64,000 nt of DNA, taken from positions 1,120,001-1,184,000 of the forward strand of contig CAXXNF010000002.1 in NCBI GenBank assembly GCA_963666365.2, in the 5' to 3' direction. The notes under the pieces are model-generated. The model saw only the letters and a program-made list of their open reading frames with translations, was not told the DNA's origin and ran no database searches. Every line of letters starts with the position of its first letter. The stretch's first letter is position 1. Positions 32,098 to 42,795 of the stretch are shown here, in pieces. The position numbers and the translations under genes were made by a program. Source of the DNA: Syntrophales bacterium (GTDB lineage: Bacteria > Desulfobacterota > Syntrophia > Syntrophales > UBA2210).

Positions 32098-34095
32098 TCA
32101 GACATCCAGCTCGAACACCAGCACCGAACGGGCAGGCAGGTATACTTTCAGCATATGGAGAGGGGCTGTGCCCGGATCGGGAAGGGAATAGAAGGTCATA
32201 GTGGAATCAACCAGGTCCTGGCCGCCGAACTTTCCGGCATCCGTATTCAGGACAATCCGGTAGGTTCCTGGTTCCACGGCAAAACCGTAGTCGGTGAACG
32301 ACACGGAGGGATTGAAATTGAAGGCACACACAAGGGGCCCTCGGTTGAAAACAAGCACCTGGTCTGACTGACGGGCAGCGACAAGGCGGGGTTTCGCCTC
32401 TTTGAGGATTTCATTACTCCCGAAAATGCGCAGCATCTCCCGGTCGAAAGCCCCGAGAAATTTGTATCTGAGGTCCGGATGATCGGCCAGGCGCCACTGC
32501 CTTCTCGCATAATGATAGGACCAGTTATTGCCCTCACGAGGAAAGTCGATCCATTCCGGATGCCCGAATTCATTTCCCATGAAATTCAGATAGCCTCCCC
32601 CGGCGGTGGCAATCGTCACCAGGCGGATCATTTTGTGCAAGGCCATGCCGCGATCGATAATCAGACTCGTACTTGCCAGATTCATGCGGTCATACATTTC
32701 CGGACCCATAAGACGGAAACTGATCGACTGGTCTCCCACAAGGGCCTGATCATGCGATTCAGCATAATTAATGGTCAGTTCATCATTGCGCTTCCGGGTA
32801 AGTTCGTAATACAGCTCCCCCACGTCCCAGAATTCATCGGGCCGTTCTTTTATCACCTTGATCCAGTAATCGGGCACACCCATTGCCAGGCGGCAATCAA
32901 AACCGAAGCCGCCGTCCTCGAACGGGGCCGCAACACCGGGCATCCCACTCATCTCCTCGGCGATGGACAGGCTTTGCGGATTCACCTGCTTGATTACCCT
33001 GTTTGCCAGCATCAGATAGGTAATTGCATCTTCATCCTGTCTACCGTCAAAATACATCGAATACTCAGTGAAATTCCGTGCAAGACCGTGATCCAGATAG
33101 AGCATACTGGTCACTCCATCGAATCGAAACCCGTCGAATCTGAACTCTTCGAGCCAGTAACGGCAATTCGAAAGAAGAAAATGCAGCACCTCATGTTTCG
33201 CGTAATTAAAACACAGGGAATCCCAGGCGCTGTGCAGCCGTCTCGCCCCCTCATGAAAATACTGTGAGGGGTTTCCGTCAAAACAGGCGAGGCCTTCGAC
33301 TTCATTCTTCACCGCATGCGAGTGGACCAGATCCATAATCACAGCCACCCCCCGGTCATGTGCGGCATCGATCAATGCCTTCAGATCTTCGGGCGTGCCG
33401 AAGCGGGAAGAAGGCGCGAAGAAGCTTGACACGTGATAGCCGAAAGATCCGTAATAGGGATGTTCCTGAACCGCCATCAACTGGATAGTATTGTAACCCC
33501 CCTCCACGATGCGGGGGAGCACATGCCTGCGGAATTCATTGAACGTCGCAATCCGTCCCTCCTCGGAGGCCATGCCCGCATGCGCTTCGTAAATAAGCGG
33601 CGGCCTGCCCGTTGTATCGATCCATTCGTTCCTCCACTCGTAGGGTTCATCGGGCGCCCAGACCTGCGCATTGAAAATCTTGGTAGTGTCGTCCTGGACA
33701 ACACGGTTCGCCCAGGCCGGTATCCGGTCCCCCTGTCCCCCCCTCCAATGAACCGAGAGCCGGTACAGATCCCCATGGTGAAGTGCCGTGATGGGCAGAC
33801 TGATTTCCCAGACGCCGTCGCCTCTTTTTTGAAGCAGGAAATCCTCCTGTTCCCGCCAACCGGTGAATTCCCCGATGAGATATATGGTCTCGGCATTGGG
33901 CGCCCATTCTCTGAATACCCACGCATCATCCCTTTTGTGCATCCCGAACCACAGGTGCCTCAACGCACACTCCTGAAGGTTTGCATGAGTGCCGATCAAT
34001 TCCCTTTCCTTTTGAAGCGCTCTTTCATGCCGGGCGGCAACCCAAAGGGCATAGGGCTCAAGCCATGGATCATTACGTACAATAGTGAGTTTCAT
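32098..34095 (-). CDS. glgB: 1,4-alpha-glucan branching enzyme (GH13, eukaryote/Bacteroidetes-like type)
   Basis: REWAPNA, EHPYYGSFGYHV, RFDGVTSM, AEEMSG, ESHDQA, NEFGHPEWIDFPR. Confidence 0.92.
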   Translation of the reverse strand: MKLTIVRNDPWLEPYALWVAARHERALQKERELIGTHANLQECALRHLWFGMHKRDDAWVFREWAPNAETIYLIGEFTGWREQEDFLLQKRGDGVWEISLPITALHHGDLYRLSVHWRGGQGDRIPAWANRVVQDDTTKIFNAQVWAPDEPYEWRNEWIDTTGRPPLIYEAHAGMASEEGRIATFNEFRRHVLPRIVEGGYNTIQLMAVQEHPYYGSFGYHVSSFFAPSSRFGTPEDLKALIDAAHDRGVAVIMDLVHSHAVKNEVEGLACFDGNPSQYFHEGARRLHSAWDSLCFNYAKHEVLHFLLSNCRYWLEEFRFDGFRFDGVTSMLYLDHGLARNFTEYSMYFDGRQDEDAITYLMLANRVIKQVNPQSLSIAEEMSGMPGVAAPFEDGGFGFDCRLAMGVPDYWIKVIKERPDEFWDVGELYYELTRKRNDELTINYAESHDQALVGDQSISFRLMGPEMYDRMNLASTSLIIDRGMALHKMIRLVTIATAGGGYLNFMGNEFGHPEWIDFPREGNNWSYHYARRQWRLADHPDLRYKFLGAFDREMLRIFGSNEILKEAKPRLVAARQSDQVLVFNRGPLVCAFNFNPSVSFTDYGFAVEPGTYRIVLNTDAGKFGGQDLVDSTMTFYSLPDPGTAPLHMLKVYLPARSVLVFELDV

Positions 34096-34203
34096 AGAAA
34101 TACAGTGTCTTGCGCATTCGTGTTTTTACCTGTCCCGGACAATAAAGCTCGAACAATACGATGCCTCTGTCCCTCTTCAGTCAGTTGAGGTCATCATGAC
34201 AGA

Positions 34204-35745
34204 TTACAGCTTTGTCGGCCAGCCTGCGAGGAGATGCCTGCCCATACCCTTGTTCTTCGAATCCCGTACAATCTTCAGCACCTTTATCAGGTAGTCGCGC
34301 GTCTCTTCCGGATGAATCACATCCTGAATACCATACATCCGTGCCGCCGGATAGGGGGACGAATCGGCCATCATCTTTTCGACCAGCTTGGTGCGTTCTT
34401 CTTCCGGAAGTCCCCCAAAGACCACGTCGGCACCGATCTGAGGATCCATGAAACTGATCTCGGCGGTGGGCCAGGCCACCATGAAATCGGCCCCTGCGCC
34501 GGCGGCGCACATGTTGACCAGGGCCTGCCCGTACCCCTTCCGGATCAGCACGGTAATTTTCGGCACCGTCACCTGGTAAAGCGCCTGTAGATTGTTCACG
34601 ACTCTGGCGCCGACCCGTTTGATTTCCGCTTCCTTGCCGGTAAGATGGCCCGGCGTATCCACGAAGAATATCAGCGGAATGTTGAAGGAGTCGCAATGGC
34701 ACATGAAGCTGGTCGCCTTTTCCAGGGCATCCGTGTCGGTGGCGCCTGCGTTGACGATGGGGTTGGTGGCAATAAATCCCACTGTTTCACCGCCGACCCG
34801 GGCGAGGCAGGTAATAAGCATTGTGCCGAAAAAGGGTTTGTACTCCAGAAATTCACCCCCATCGACAATGCATTCGATGATCTTGTGCATATCGTAGGAA
34901 CGACGTCTCCGTTCCGGCATAATGTCGAGGATCTTCTGCATGCGTTCTCCCGATCCGGAAGGGACCGGTCGTCTGGGAGGAAGCTCTTTGTTGTTCGACG
35001 GCATGTAATCGAGATACGTTCTGATAATGCGAAAACAGTCCTCTTCGTCTTCGGCAACCTGATCGGCCATGCCGGTGATCCTCGAATGGACTTCCCAGCC
35101 CCCCATCTCCTCGGCGCTGTACTGCTGACCAATCGCCTTCCCCAATGCCCTGGGACCGGAGACGGCGATGGACGCACCTTTGACGATAATGGTGAAATCT
35201 GCCAGGCAGGACTGCCAGTCGGGAACTCCGTGACAATCCCCCATTGCCGCCATCACATAGGGGACCTCCCTGAAATGGCTGTAACCCCAGCGGGCCATGT
35301 CGTCGCCCACACCGTGAAACAGCATTCGCCCCGAGTCCTGCAGATCGGGAATCCGCTGCCCTCCGGCCTCGCCGAGCCAGATCATGGGGATGCCGTATTC
35401 ATAGAGCTGTCGCTTCAGAATCCCCATTTTTTTATTGTTGATCATGGCGCTCGAACCCGCCAGGACCGTAAAGTCGTTGGCGAATATGCCCACCCTCCTG
35501 CCACTGATGGTTCCGTAACCGATCACCAGGCCGTCGGCGGGTGTCTTTCCCTCCATGCCTGGAATGTCGGATGCGCAGAGAGCGCCCAGCTCGAAAAAGG
35601 ACCCCTCATCAAGGAGTGTGCCGACTCGCTCCCGCGCCGTCAGTTTCCCCTTGTCATGCTGTTTCCTGATCTTTTCAGGACCGCCCTGGGCACGAGCCCT
35701 CTCCTTTCTCAACTCCATATCCTGAATCAATTCTTCAAATGCCAT
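34204..35745 (-). CDS. acyl-CoA carboxylase/decarboxylase carboxyltransferase subunit (alternative start 35772)
   Basis: GKLTARERV..LLD.GSF, DFTVLAGS, VDTPG, RKGYG, WPTAEI. Confidence 0.88.
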   Translation of the reverse strand: MAFEELIQDMELRKERARAQGGPEKIRKQHDKGKLTARERVGTLLDEGSFFELGALCASDIPGMEGKTPADGLVIGYGTISGRRVGIFANDFTVLAGSSAMINNKKMGILKRQLYEYGIPMIWLGEAGGQRIPDLQDSGRMLFHGVGDDMARWGYSHFREVPYVMAAMGDCHGVPDWQSCLADFTIIVKGASIAVSGPRALGKAIGQQYSAEEMGGWEVHSRITGMADQVAEDEEDCFRIIRTYLDYMPSNNKELPPRRPVPSGSGERMQKILDIMPERRRRSYDMHKIIECIVDGGEFLEYKPFFGTMLITCLARVGGETVGFIATNPIVNAGATDTDALEKATSFMCHCDSFNIPLIFFVDTPGHLTGKEAEIKRVGARVVNNLQALYQVTVPKITVLIRKGYGQALVNMCAAGAGADFMVAWPTAEISFMDPQIGADVVFGGLPEEERTKLVEKMMADSSPYPAARMYGIQDVIHPEETRDYLIKVLKIVRDSKNKGMGRHLLAGWPTKL

Positions 35746-35772
35746 GGTGTGTACACCTCTCCGTATATCCAT

Positions 35773-36522
35773 TTATAAACCAAGATAGCTTTTCCTTACT
35801 ATTTCATTGCCGAGCAGTTCTTCCGGGTTTCCTTCAGCCATAATCTGCCCTTGTGACAACACATAATTTCGCTTAGACAGGTCGAAGGCAAAACCGATGT
35901 CCTGTTCCGTCAATAGGACGGTAATGCCTAATTTGTGGACGTCCTTTATACGGTCGAACATGTCTTCCTTCACCTTTGGCGCCAGTCCGACCGATGGTTC
36001 ATCGACCATCAATAATCGTGCCTGCGACATTAAAGAACGTCCGATGGCCAGCATGGTTCTTTCGCCTCCCGATATGGTTCCGGAGACCTGATTTTGCCGG
36101 TCCCGAAGAACAGGGAACAACTGATAGACTTTGTCGAGGTTTTCATTGATCACCCTTTTATCTCTGCAAAGATAGGCGCCGGCCAAAAGATTTTCTTTGA
36201 CTGTCATTTCTCTGAAAGGTCTTCCTCTTTCAGGAGTCAGGACCAATCCTCTTTTGACAATTTCGGACGCTGGCAGGTGGTGTATTTCCTTGCCGTCGAA
36301 TTTTACGCTTCCCTCGATCGTTATTTTTCCTCCGACCGTACCTCGCATGATCTCTTTTTCCCATCGGACCAATCCCGATATGGACCGGAGCAGAGTCGTT
36401 TTCCCTGCGCCGTTGGGACCTACAAGGGAAATCATTTCACCTTCATTCACATGCAGGCTTACATTATTAAGCACCATCGCTTTATCGTAGAGAACAGTTA
36501 GGTTATGTACCTCAAGAAACAA
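35773..36522 (-). CDS. LivF-type ABC ATPase
   Basis: GPNGAGKTT, ISGGERTML, DEPSVGLAP; TEQD in place of VEQN. Confidence 0.88.
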   Translation of the reverse strand: MFLEVHNLTVLYDKAMVLNNVSLHVNEGEMISLVGPNGAGKTTLLRSISGLVRWEKEIMRGTVGGKITIEGSVKFDGKEIHHLPASEIVKRGLVLTPERGRPFREMTVKENLLAGAYLCRDKRVINENLDKVYQLFPVLRDRQNQVSGTISGGERTMLAIGRSLMSQARLLMVDEPSVGLAPKVKEDMFDRIKDVHKLGITVLLTEQDIGFAFDLSKRNYVLSQGQIMAEGNPEELLGNEIVRKSYLGL

Positions 36523-37291
36523 GTTCTTTTACCTCCTTCCCGATATAGGCCTCAATGACATCCCTGTTGTGAACCACCTCTTCAGGCGTTCCGGTGGCAA
36601 TGATCTTCCCGAAGTTAATGACGATGACCCTGTCGACAATTCTCATCAGTTCGGACAACTTGTGCTCGACTATCAGCATCGCCGGACCCTCACTGTGGAG
36701 CCTGCCGAATCGGCCTCCTTTGTGAAGTCTCTTTAACGAGTTTGCAATCAGTTTTGTTTCTGCTGGATTAAGGCCACCAAAAGGCTCGTCCAGCAGCAGC
36801 ATGTCAGGTTCGGTTGCAATTGCCCGTGCCAGTTCGAGCCGTTTGAGATCGCCATGAGACAGAATAGCGGCCTGTTCACGCGCCTGGTCTGCAATACCAC
36901 AAAATTCCAAAGCATCGTTTGCACGCAATTCCACCGTTTTCACCCATTCACCTTTTCTTCTGGAGCGAGGGCAAAGACATGAGACCATCACGTTTGCAAT
37001 CACAGGCAGATGGCGAAAGGGCTTTACTATCTGAAAAGTGCTTGCGATTCCCATGTTGACCGTTTTTGAAATCATCTGTCCCGTAATATCTTTCCCTCTG
37101 AAGCGAACCTTTCCCGATGAAGGTTTTAATATTCCCATCAGCATTCGAATAATCGTCGATTTACCTGCACCGTTCGGTCCAATGAGTCCCACCATTTCGT
37201 CTCGCCCGATTGAGAAACTCACTCCGTCAACGGCCCGCAGACCTCCAAAGTCCTTTGTCAGTTTTTCGACCTCCAAAAACGGTTCTCCCAT
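36512..37291 (-). CDS. LivG-type ABC ATPase
   Basis: GPNGAGKST, LSHGDLKRLELARA, VEHK. Confidence 0.88.
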   Translation of the reverse strand: MGEPFLEVEKLTKDFGGLRAVDGVSFSIGRDEMVGLIGPNGAGKSTIIRMLMGILKPSSGKVRFRGKDITGQMISKTVNMGIASTFQIVKPFRHLPVIANVMVSCLCPRSRRKGEWVKTVELRANDALEFCGIADQAREQAAILSHGDLKRLELARAIATEPDMLLLDEPFGGLNPAETKLIANSLKRLHKGGRFGRLHSEGPAMLIVEHKLSELMRIVDRVIVINFGKIIATGTPEEVVHNRDVIEAYIGKEVKELVS

Positions 37292-38986
37292 TTAATCCTC
37301 CTCAGACCTGATCTCTCTGCGCGATACTTTGCCTATATCGGTTTTGGGGATTTCACCGACAAAATCAATTATTCTCGGTATCTTGTAGTGCGCAAGCTTG
37401 CCCTTGCAGTATTCGATGATATTCGCCTCCGATACATGCCCCCGGGCATCACTTTCGAGAACGATAACCGCTTTTACATTTTGACCTACCTTTTCATCGG
37501 GCACGCCCACAACTCCGACTTCCTTAATGTCGGGGTGCTCTTTCAGAACTTCTTCGACTTCCCTGGCAAACACTTTGAGACCTTTGTATTTAATGAGATC
37601 CCTCTTCCGGTCATAAATATAAAAATATCCGTCTTCTTCCATGCGTGCAAGATCACCCGTCCTCCACCACCGCCGACCGTCTATAATCGCTTCGCATTCT
37701 TTCGTTGCTTCCGGATTATTCCAGTAGCCCCTGGTGACTTGCGGCCCGTCGATAACCAGTTCTCCCGTCTCGCCGACGGGAAGATAACGGTCTTCATCAA
37801 CATCAAGTATTGCCGCCAATGTGCTCGGCATGGGGATTCCGATGGAACCGTATCTCTGCTTGCCGAGTAAATTGGTATGCACTCCGTATGTTGCTTCCGT
37901 TAAACCATACCCTTCAGTGATCTTCGTTCCCGTTCGTTCTTCCCAGTCTCGTGCCGTAAATTCATGAAGCGAATCGGCGCCGCAATTGATATATTTCAGT
38001 TTCTTCCAATTCACTCTGTCGGTCTTTTCATAATCCTTCAACATTTCATACATCGTCGGTGCGCTCATGAAATAGGAGGCGCCGGACTTGACCATGGCAT
38101 TCAAGATGTCATCAACATCAGGGGTGGTTATTACCGTAAGGTCATAACCGCTGAAAAGGGCAATTATCATATTTGCCTGACCGCCGACGTGATAATAGGG
38201 CATAAAGTTGACAATCCCTTCCTTTCCATCAACGAGTTCGGTCGCGACTTCGCGACACTGGTAGTAGTTCGCTATTACGTTGTAGTGGCTGATCATCACG
38301 CCCTTCGGGGGTCCCGTTGTTCCACCGGTGTAATGCAGCGAGATAACATCTTCCGGGGGATCGATCGTAACGACGGGCGGATTCGGGTTATGTGCGGCAA
38401 TGAGGTCCTGAAGGCGGACGATCCCGCCCTTCTCATATATTTGAGGAGTGGGGGCGGCCATTTTCTGGTAGACCCCTCTCAATACGCTTTTCCCCATCAT
38501 TTTTTTTAATTTTGGAAGCGATTCCGATATATTGGTAAGAATAACATGTTCCAGTGCAATTCCCGTCCTCTCAAAACCTTCATACAATATATCCTGGCAG
38601 ATAATGCTCCTGGCGCCGCTATCGGTAAGTTGATGCTTGATTTCACTTGAAACATATACCGGGCTGATAGGCGTGACAATGATGCCAAGCTTGGCCGCCG
38701 CAAAAAAGCTTATGACAAATTCCGGGGAATTCAATAACAAAAAGGCTACTCTGTCCCCCTTTTTGAAACCGAGATCCGCAAACGCCGTTGCCAGGCGGTT
38801 TACCTTATCTCCCAGTTCTCGGTAGCTGATTTTGTTTCCGTAATATATGATGGCTGTTTTCTTATCCCATTTTTTCACCGCTGCATCAAATGCCTCACCT
38901 ATCGATATGGACGGCACTTCTATGTCCTGCCGCATTCCCGGAAGATAATGATCAAGCCAAGGTCTTTCTTCATATACTGACTTCAT
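37292..38986 (-). CDS. acyl-CoA synthetase (AMP-forming, FadD-like)
   Basis: YTGGTTGPPKG, EGYGLTE, RTGDLA, PKTDIGK. Confidence 0.9.
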   Translation of the reverse strand: MKSVYEERPWLDHYLPGMRQDIEVPSISIGEAFDAAVKKWDKKTAIIYYGNKISYRELGDKVNRLATAFADLGFKKGDRVAFLLLNSPEFVISFFAAAKLGIIVTPISPVYVSSEIKHQLTDSGARSIICQDILYEGFERTGIALEHVILTNISESLPKLKKMMGKSVLRGVYQKMAAPTPQIYEKGGIVRLQDLIAAHNPNPPVVTIDPPEDVISLHYTGGTTGPPKGVMISHYNVIANYYQCREVATELVDGKEGIVNFMPYYHVGGQANMIIALFSGYDLTVITTPDVDDILNAMVKSGASYFMSAPTMYEMLKDYEKTDRVNWKKLKYINCGADSLHEFTARDWEERTGTKITEGYGLTEATYGVHTNLLGKQRYGSIGIPMPSTLAAILDVDEDRYLPVGETGELVIDGPQVTRGYWNNPEATKECEAIIDGRRWWRTGDLARMEEDGYFYIYDRKRDLIKYKGLKVFAREVEEVLKEHPDIKEVGVVGVPDEKVGQNVKAVIVLESDARGHVSEANIIEYCKGKLAHYKIPRIIDFVGEIPKTDIGKVSRREIRSEED

Positions 38987-40088
38987 TTTTGGGCTTCCTT
39001 TCTTGCAATCCTTCTTTTCTTTTCATTTTTTCGGGATAAAGATCGGCTCTGCATGATCTGCATCGCTTTCGCCAGAATACGTTCACTAATTTGCAGCGAG
39101 GGCACTTGACCTCGATTTTGTCTAAGACCCACACAGTAATTCCCTCGGGCATAAAGAGCAGGGTAAAAATCAAAATTATGGCAAGAACCAAAAACCGTAT
39201 CTTTTCTCCCAGGTCGAAGAGGGAGAGAATCTCCGTCATGGGATAGAGAATAAACACGCCTGCAACCGCGCCATAGATGGTGCCAAGACCTCCAAATATC
39301 GACCAGAGAAGTGCGTTAAAGGAAAAGAAAAGCTCCAGTGTGGAAGGCCCGGCGATTCTCAGGTAGTGAGTATAGAGCCCACCGGCGATTCCTGCAAAAA
39401 AACCGCTTACCGCAAAGGCGAGCAGCTTGTATTTGGTGGTATTTATACCGGAAGTTCTGGCGGCAATCTCATCTTCTCTCAGTGCATGCAAAAGAATGCC
39501 TATTCGCAGGTATTTACTTCCTGCATCGGTAAACTTGTACATGACGAATATACACACGGTAAATGTGATGGCTATAATGTAATAGCTTACCACACGGGAC
39601 TTTGAAAAGACCGACACGCCGAAGAGTCCCAATTCGCCCCCGGTGACATCGGAAAATACAAATACCAGCCCGACAAGAATCAGAGGAAAAGACAACGTCA
39701 CGAGGGCAAGGTACATCCCCCGCAATCTGAGCGCCGGGATACCGACTATCAAACCGACGAGCACGGCGGCGACGGCCCCGATGGGAATGGTTATCCAGGG
39801 AGGCCAGTGCAGGTTAATATTTATGAATGCCGCCGCGTAGGCTGCTACACCGAAAAAAAGACCGTGGCCGAGATTCAATTGACCCGCGAATCCGGCCAGG
39901 ACGTCCCAGCTGGCTGCAAATATGGCAAATATGATGGCCAGGGTGACAATTCGAAGATAGTATGGTTCCTGCGTCACTACTGGTAAAAGGAACAGGCACA
40001 CAAAAAATATCAATGCAATAACCCGCCCCGGAATTGACAGCACCTCGCCTCGAAGCCACCGGTGAAACAAGTACAGATACCCTTTCAT
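38970..40088 (-). CDS. LivM-type ABC permease with C-terminal CxxC...CxxC extension
   Basis: GQLNLGH..FFG, LRLRGMYLALVTL, C-terminal CPRC-x10-CRSC. Confidence 0.85.
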   Translation of the reverse strand: MKGYLYLFHRWLRGEVLSIPGRVIALIFFVCLFLLPVVTQEPYYLRIVTLAIIFAIFAASWDVLAGFAGQLNLGHGLFFGVAAYAAAFININLHWPPWITIPIGAVAAVLVGLIVGIPALRLRGMYLALVTLSFPLILVGLVFVFSDVTGGELGLFGVSVFSKSRVVSYYIIAITFTVCIFVMYKFTDAGSKYLRIGILLHALREDEIAARTSGINTTKYKLLAFAVSGFFAGIAGGLYTHYLRIAGPSTLELFFSFNALLWSIFGGLGTIYGAVAGVFILYPMTEILSLFDLGEKIRFLVLAIILIFTLLFMPEGITVWVLDKIEVKCPRCKLVNVFWRKRCRSCRADLYPEKMKRKEGLQERKPKNEVSI

Positions 40089-40957
40089 AGCCGTTCCTCC
40101 TCAAAGATCACACCGAACAGGCCTTCTGGTCGTATCAGGAGTACAAGTACCATTACAACCATTGATGCGGCGCCTCCGAGAAAGGCGCCTCCGGGTATCA
40201 TAAAGACAACAATGCTTTCCGCGTAGCCCAGTATAAACGAGGCAACAACGGCGCCTCCGATGCTTCCCGCACCGCCCAATATAACGGCAGCCAGCACGAT
40301 GACGAGCGGTTGCCCCCACATGAGAGGGCTAATCATATAAATGGGGCCCATGACTGCGGCTGAGACGGCAGCGAGACCCACGGAAATCGCCATTACGATC
40401 ACGTAAATGCGTCGCACGTCGATGCCCATGAGATTTGCGATTTCGCTGTCCTGAGCCACGGCGCGTATCGCGTTTCCAAGCTTTGTTTTCGACAACATGA
40501 TCCACAAAATGATCAAAATCAGCATACTGAGGAAAAACGCAAATATATGTTGATATGAAACGTTTGTACCTCCAATATCCAGAAATCCCTCGGCAATGTG
40601 TGGAATTGCCCTGATTGTTCCGCCGAAAATCAGAAGAAGAATTTCCTGAAACAGCGATGCAATTGCCACGGCAATAATCATCACAGCGAATTCGTGTTCC
40701 TTTATTCGATCGAAAAAGAGATAGAAGCACAGTATGCCCAATATCACAGTCACAACCACCGCCAGGAGTATCGAAGGAAAGAGGGGGAGATGAAGCATGG
40801 AGGTCCCCACGAAGATCAAGTATGCCGATACCATGTAAAAGGCAGTGTGTGCCATATTAAGAATTCTGGCGACACTGAAGATGAGCGCAAAACCGACAGC
40901 CAGCAGTGCATATATTCCGCCCACGATCAATCCGTTAATAAGAATATTTAATAACAT
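40085..40957 (-). CDS. LivH-type ABC permease
   Basis: GGIYALLAVGFALIF, LNMAH, LGNAIRAVAQD, RPEGLFG. Confidence 0.88.
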   Translation of the reverse strand: MLLNILINGLIVGGIYALLAVGFALIFSVARILNMAHTAFYMVSAYLIFVGTSMLHLPLFPSILLAVVVTVILGILCFYLFFDRIKEHEFAVMIIAVAIASLFQEILLLIFGGTIRAIPHIAEGFLDIGGTNVSYQHIFAFFLSMLILIILWIMLSKTKLGNAIRAVAQDSEIANLMGIDVRRIYVIVMAISVGLAAVSAAVMGPIYMISPLMWGQPLVIVLAAVILGGAGSIGGAVVASFILGYAESIVVFMIPGGAFLGGAASMVVMVLVLLIRPEGLFGVIFEEERL

Positions 40958-41112
40958 TGATTAGATACCTCATATCAGATTGGAAGAAACTAACGGGTTC
41001 AGTAAAGCAAAACTCAGCACATATGCCCGTTCGCAAGATACAAGCCGATGGACTGTGCATGCCCTCTCTTTAGGATGCAAGAGAAGGCATACACATAAAC
41101 CGTTCCATTGAT

Positions 41113-42477
41113 TTATTTTTTACTCTTCCAGTATTCTTTTACCCAGGGAGGAACTTCATATTCAACCGCACCGTCAAGTTTTATTTTGTCCCAGCCCGAC
41201 GCCATACCGGCCGCGATCACCGCGGGGTGTATTTCGTTTCCATCGGGCCATATGGAGAGAAACTTGCCGTCGCGCCATTGAGCGGCGAACATGTAGGTAT
41301 AGTCGGGACCAACCATGAGATCATGCGGCCGCTCGTGATCACGCGGCGTAAAGGCGACGCGACCGATTGTACCCACGTAGTCAACTTTTTCCAGCACAGG
41401 AATCAATGCATCGCTGTCGAGAGTACCGGCCTTTTCGATGGCATCTTTCAGGTAAAAGAGCGCATCATAATTGATATTTGCCGTGTACATGGGTTCTTCT
41501 TTGTAACGTTCAACGAATTTATCCCAGAAGGGGAGAGATTTTTCGGAAAATTTGGCGCGAGGAGAGCCTGATGTTTCTTCATAATTACACATGCCTCTCG
41601 TACCGTCCCAATGTGACATTTTCCCTGCTTCAACATTGACTCCAATGAGACAGGCCGGTATTTTTAATTCTCCCCACTGTTTTCCGTAAATGTTTCCGAC
41701 CGGTCCGGCGCTCACCTGGTAAATTATGTGGGCGCCCGCCGATTTGATTGCTGAGAATTCGGCGGTAAGATTTGTTGCCTGCACACTGGGGCGCCACTCT
41801 CCTATTACCTCACAGTCCATTGCAGCAAAGAGCTTCTTTGCCAACTGAGCAATTGGGTCAATCCATATGGCCTTGTCCATAAGGAGCGCGACTTTCGGCT
41901 TTTTGATCCCAAGTTCCGACTTGATTTTTCCGACAGCAGTACTGATCTGAGCGAAGTAATTTAATGCCTGTGGAGTTGAGCAGACCCAAATTCTGAACCA
42001 ATATTTATATCGATCATAATCTTTTGCAATGCGCTTATTCAGCTCAGGATGCGTGCCGCCGGTCGCAAGATAGATCACCTTGTTGTCGGCCATGACTTCC
42101 TGCTGCGCCAATGTCCCCTGCGAACTGTAGCCGCCAAGAACAAAGTTGACCTTTTTGACTGATATGAGTTTTTCTATCGCACTGACCGCATCGGTCACGC
42201 TCAAAAAACAGTTGTCGTCCGCTACCACAACCTCATAATCGTATCGTTCACCTTTGATGACAACCCCTCCGGCGGCATTGATTTCATCCGCCGCCATTTC
42301 CGCTCCTTTTGCGATATGCTGCCCGACGACGAATTTCATAGGTGCGGAAACGCCTATTTTTATTGTTTTATTTGCGCTTGCATATAGATTGGATGGCTGG
42401 AAAACAACTACCATCGCCACAATAAGTAATGACAACTGAATAAGTTGACGGACCTTACACCTTCCCCTTCTGTTCAT
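41113..42477 (-). CDS. ABC substrate-binding protein (LivJ-like fold)
   Basis: Signal peptide, KIGVSAP, AADEINAAGG, YKYWFR. Confidence 0.85.
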   Translation of the reverse strand: MNRRGRCKVRQLIQLSLLIVAMVVVFQPSNLYASANKTIKIGVSAPMKFVVGQHIAKGAEMAADEINAAGGVVIKGERYDYEVVVADDNCFLSVTDAVSAIEKLISVKKVNFVLGGYSSQGTLAQQEVMADNKVIYLATGGTHPELNKRIAKDYDRYKYWFRIWVCSTPQALNYFAQISTAVGKIKSELGIKKPKVALLMDKAIWIDPIAQLAKKLFAAMDCEVIGEWRPSVQATNLTAEFSAIKSAGAHIIYQVSAGPVGNIYGKQWGELKIPACLIGVNVEAGKMSHWDGTRGMCNYEETSGSPRAKFSEKSLPFWDKFVERYKEEPMYTANINYDALFYLKDAIEKAGTLDSDALIPVLEKVDYVGTIGRVAFTPRDHERPHDLMVGPDYTYMFAAQWRDGKFLSIWPDGNEIHPAVIAAGMASGWDKIKLDGAVEYEVPPWVKEYWKSKK

Positions 42478-42795
42478 AGATTCATCCTCCTTTTTGTTAT
42501 GCTACATCCATTGCATCTCCTGTAACGTCATATTTTTACTTAACATCACCTGTTTTCTCATCATGCTTCATTTGTTTCATTTCAATACGATAGAATCCCT
42601 CCAATTGTATCCCTTAGTTAAGTCTTTATATTGAAAACTGTCAACATAAATTCAATATTATCATACATAGTAATCTCTTATACCCTGAAACAAAATACAA
42701 CTCTGTTGCCCGGTAACGTGAAAACAGGTAGTGTGCCTTCCTTCGCATCAAAAGCATTTCCGCTTTCAATAAACTGTGGATGCACAATCACGCTT

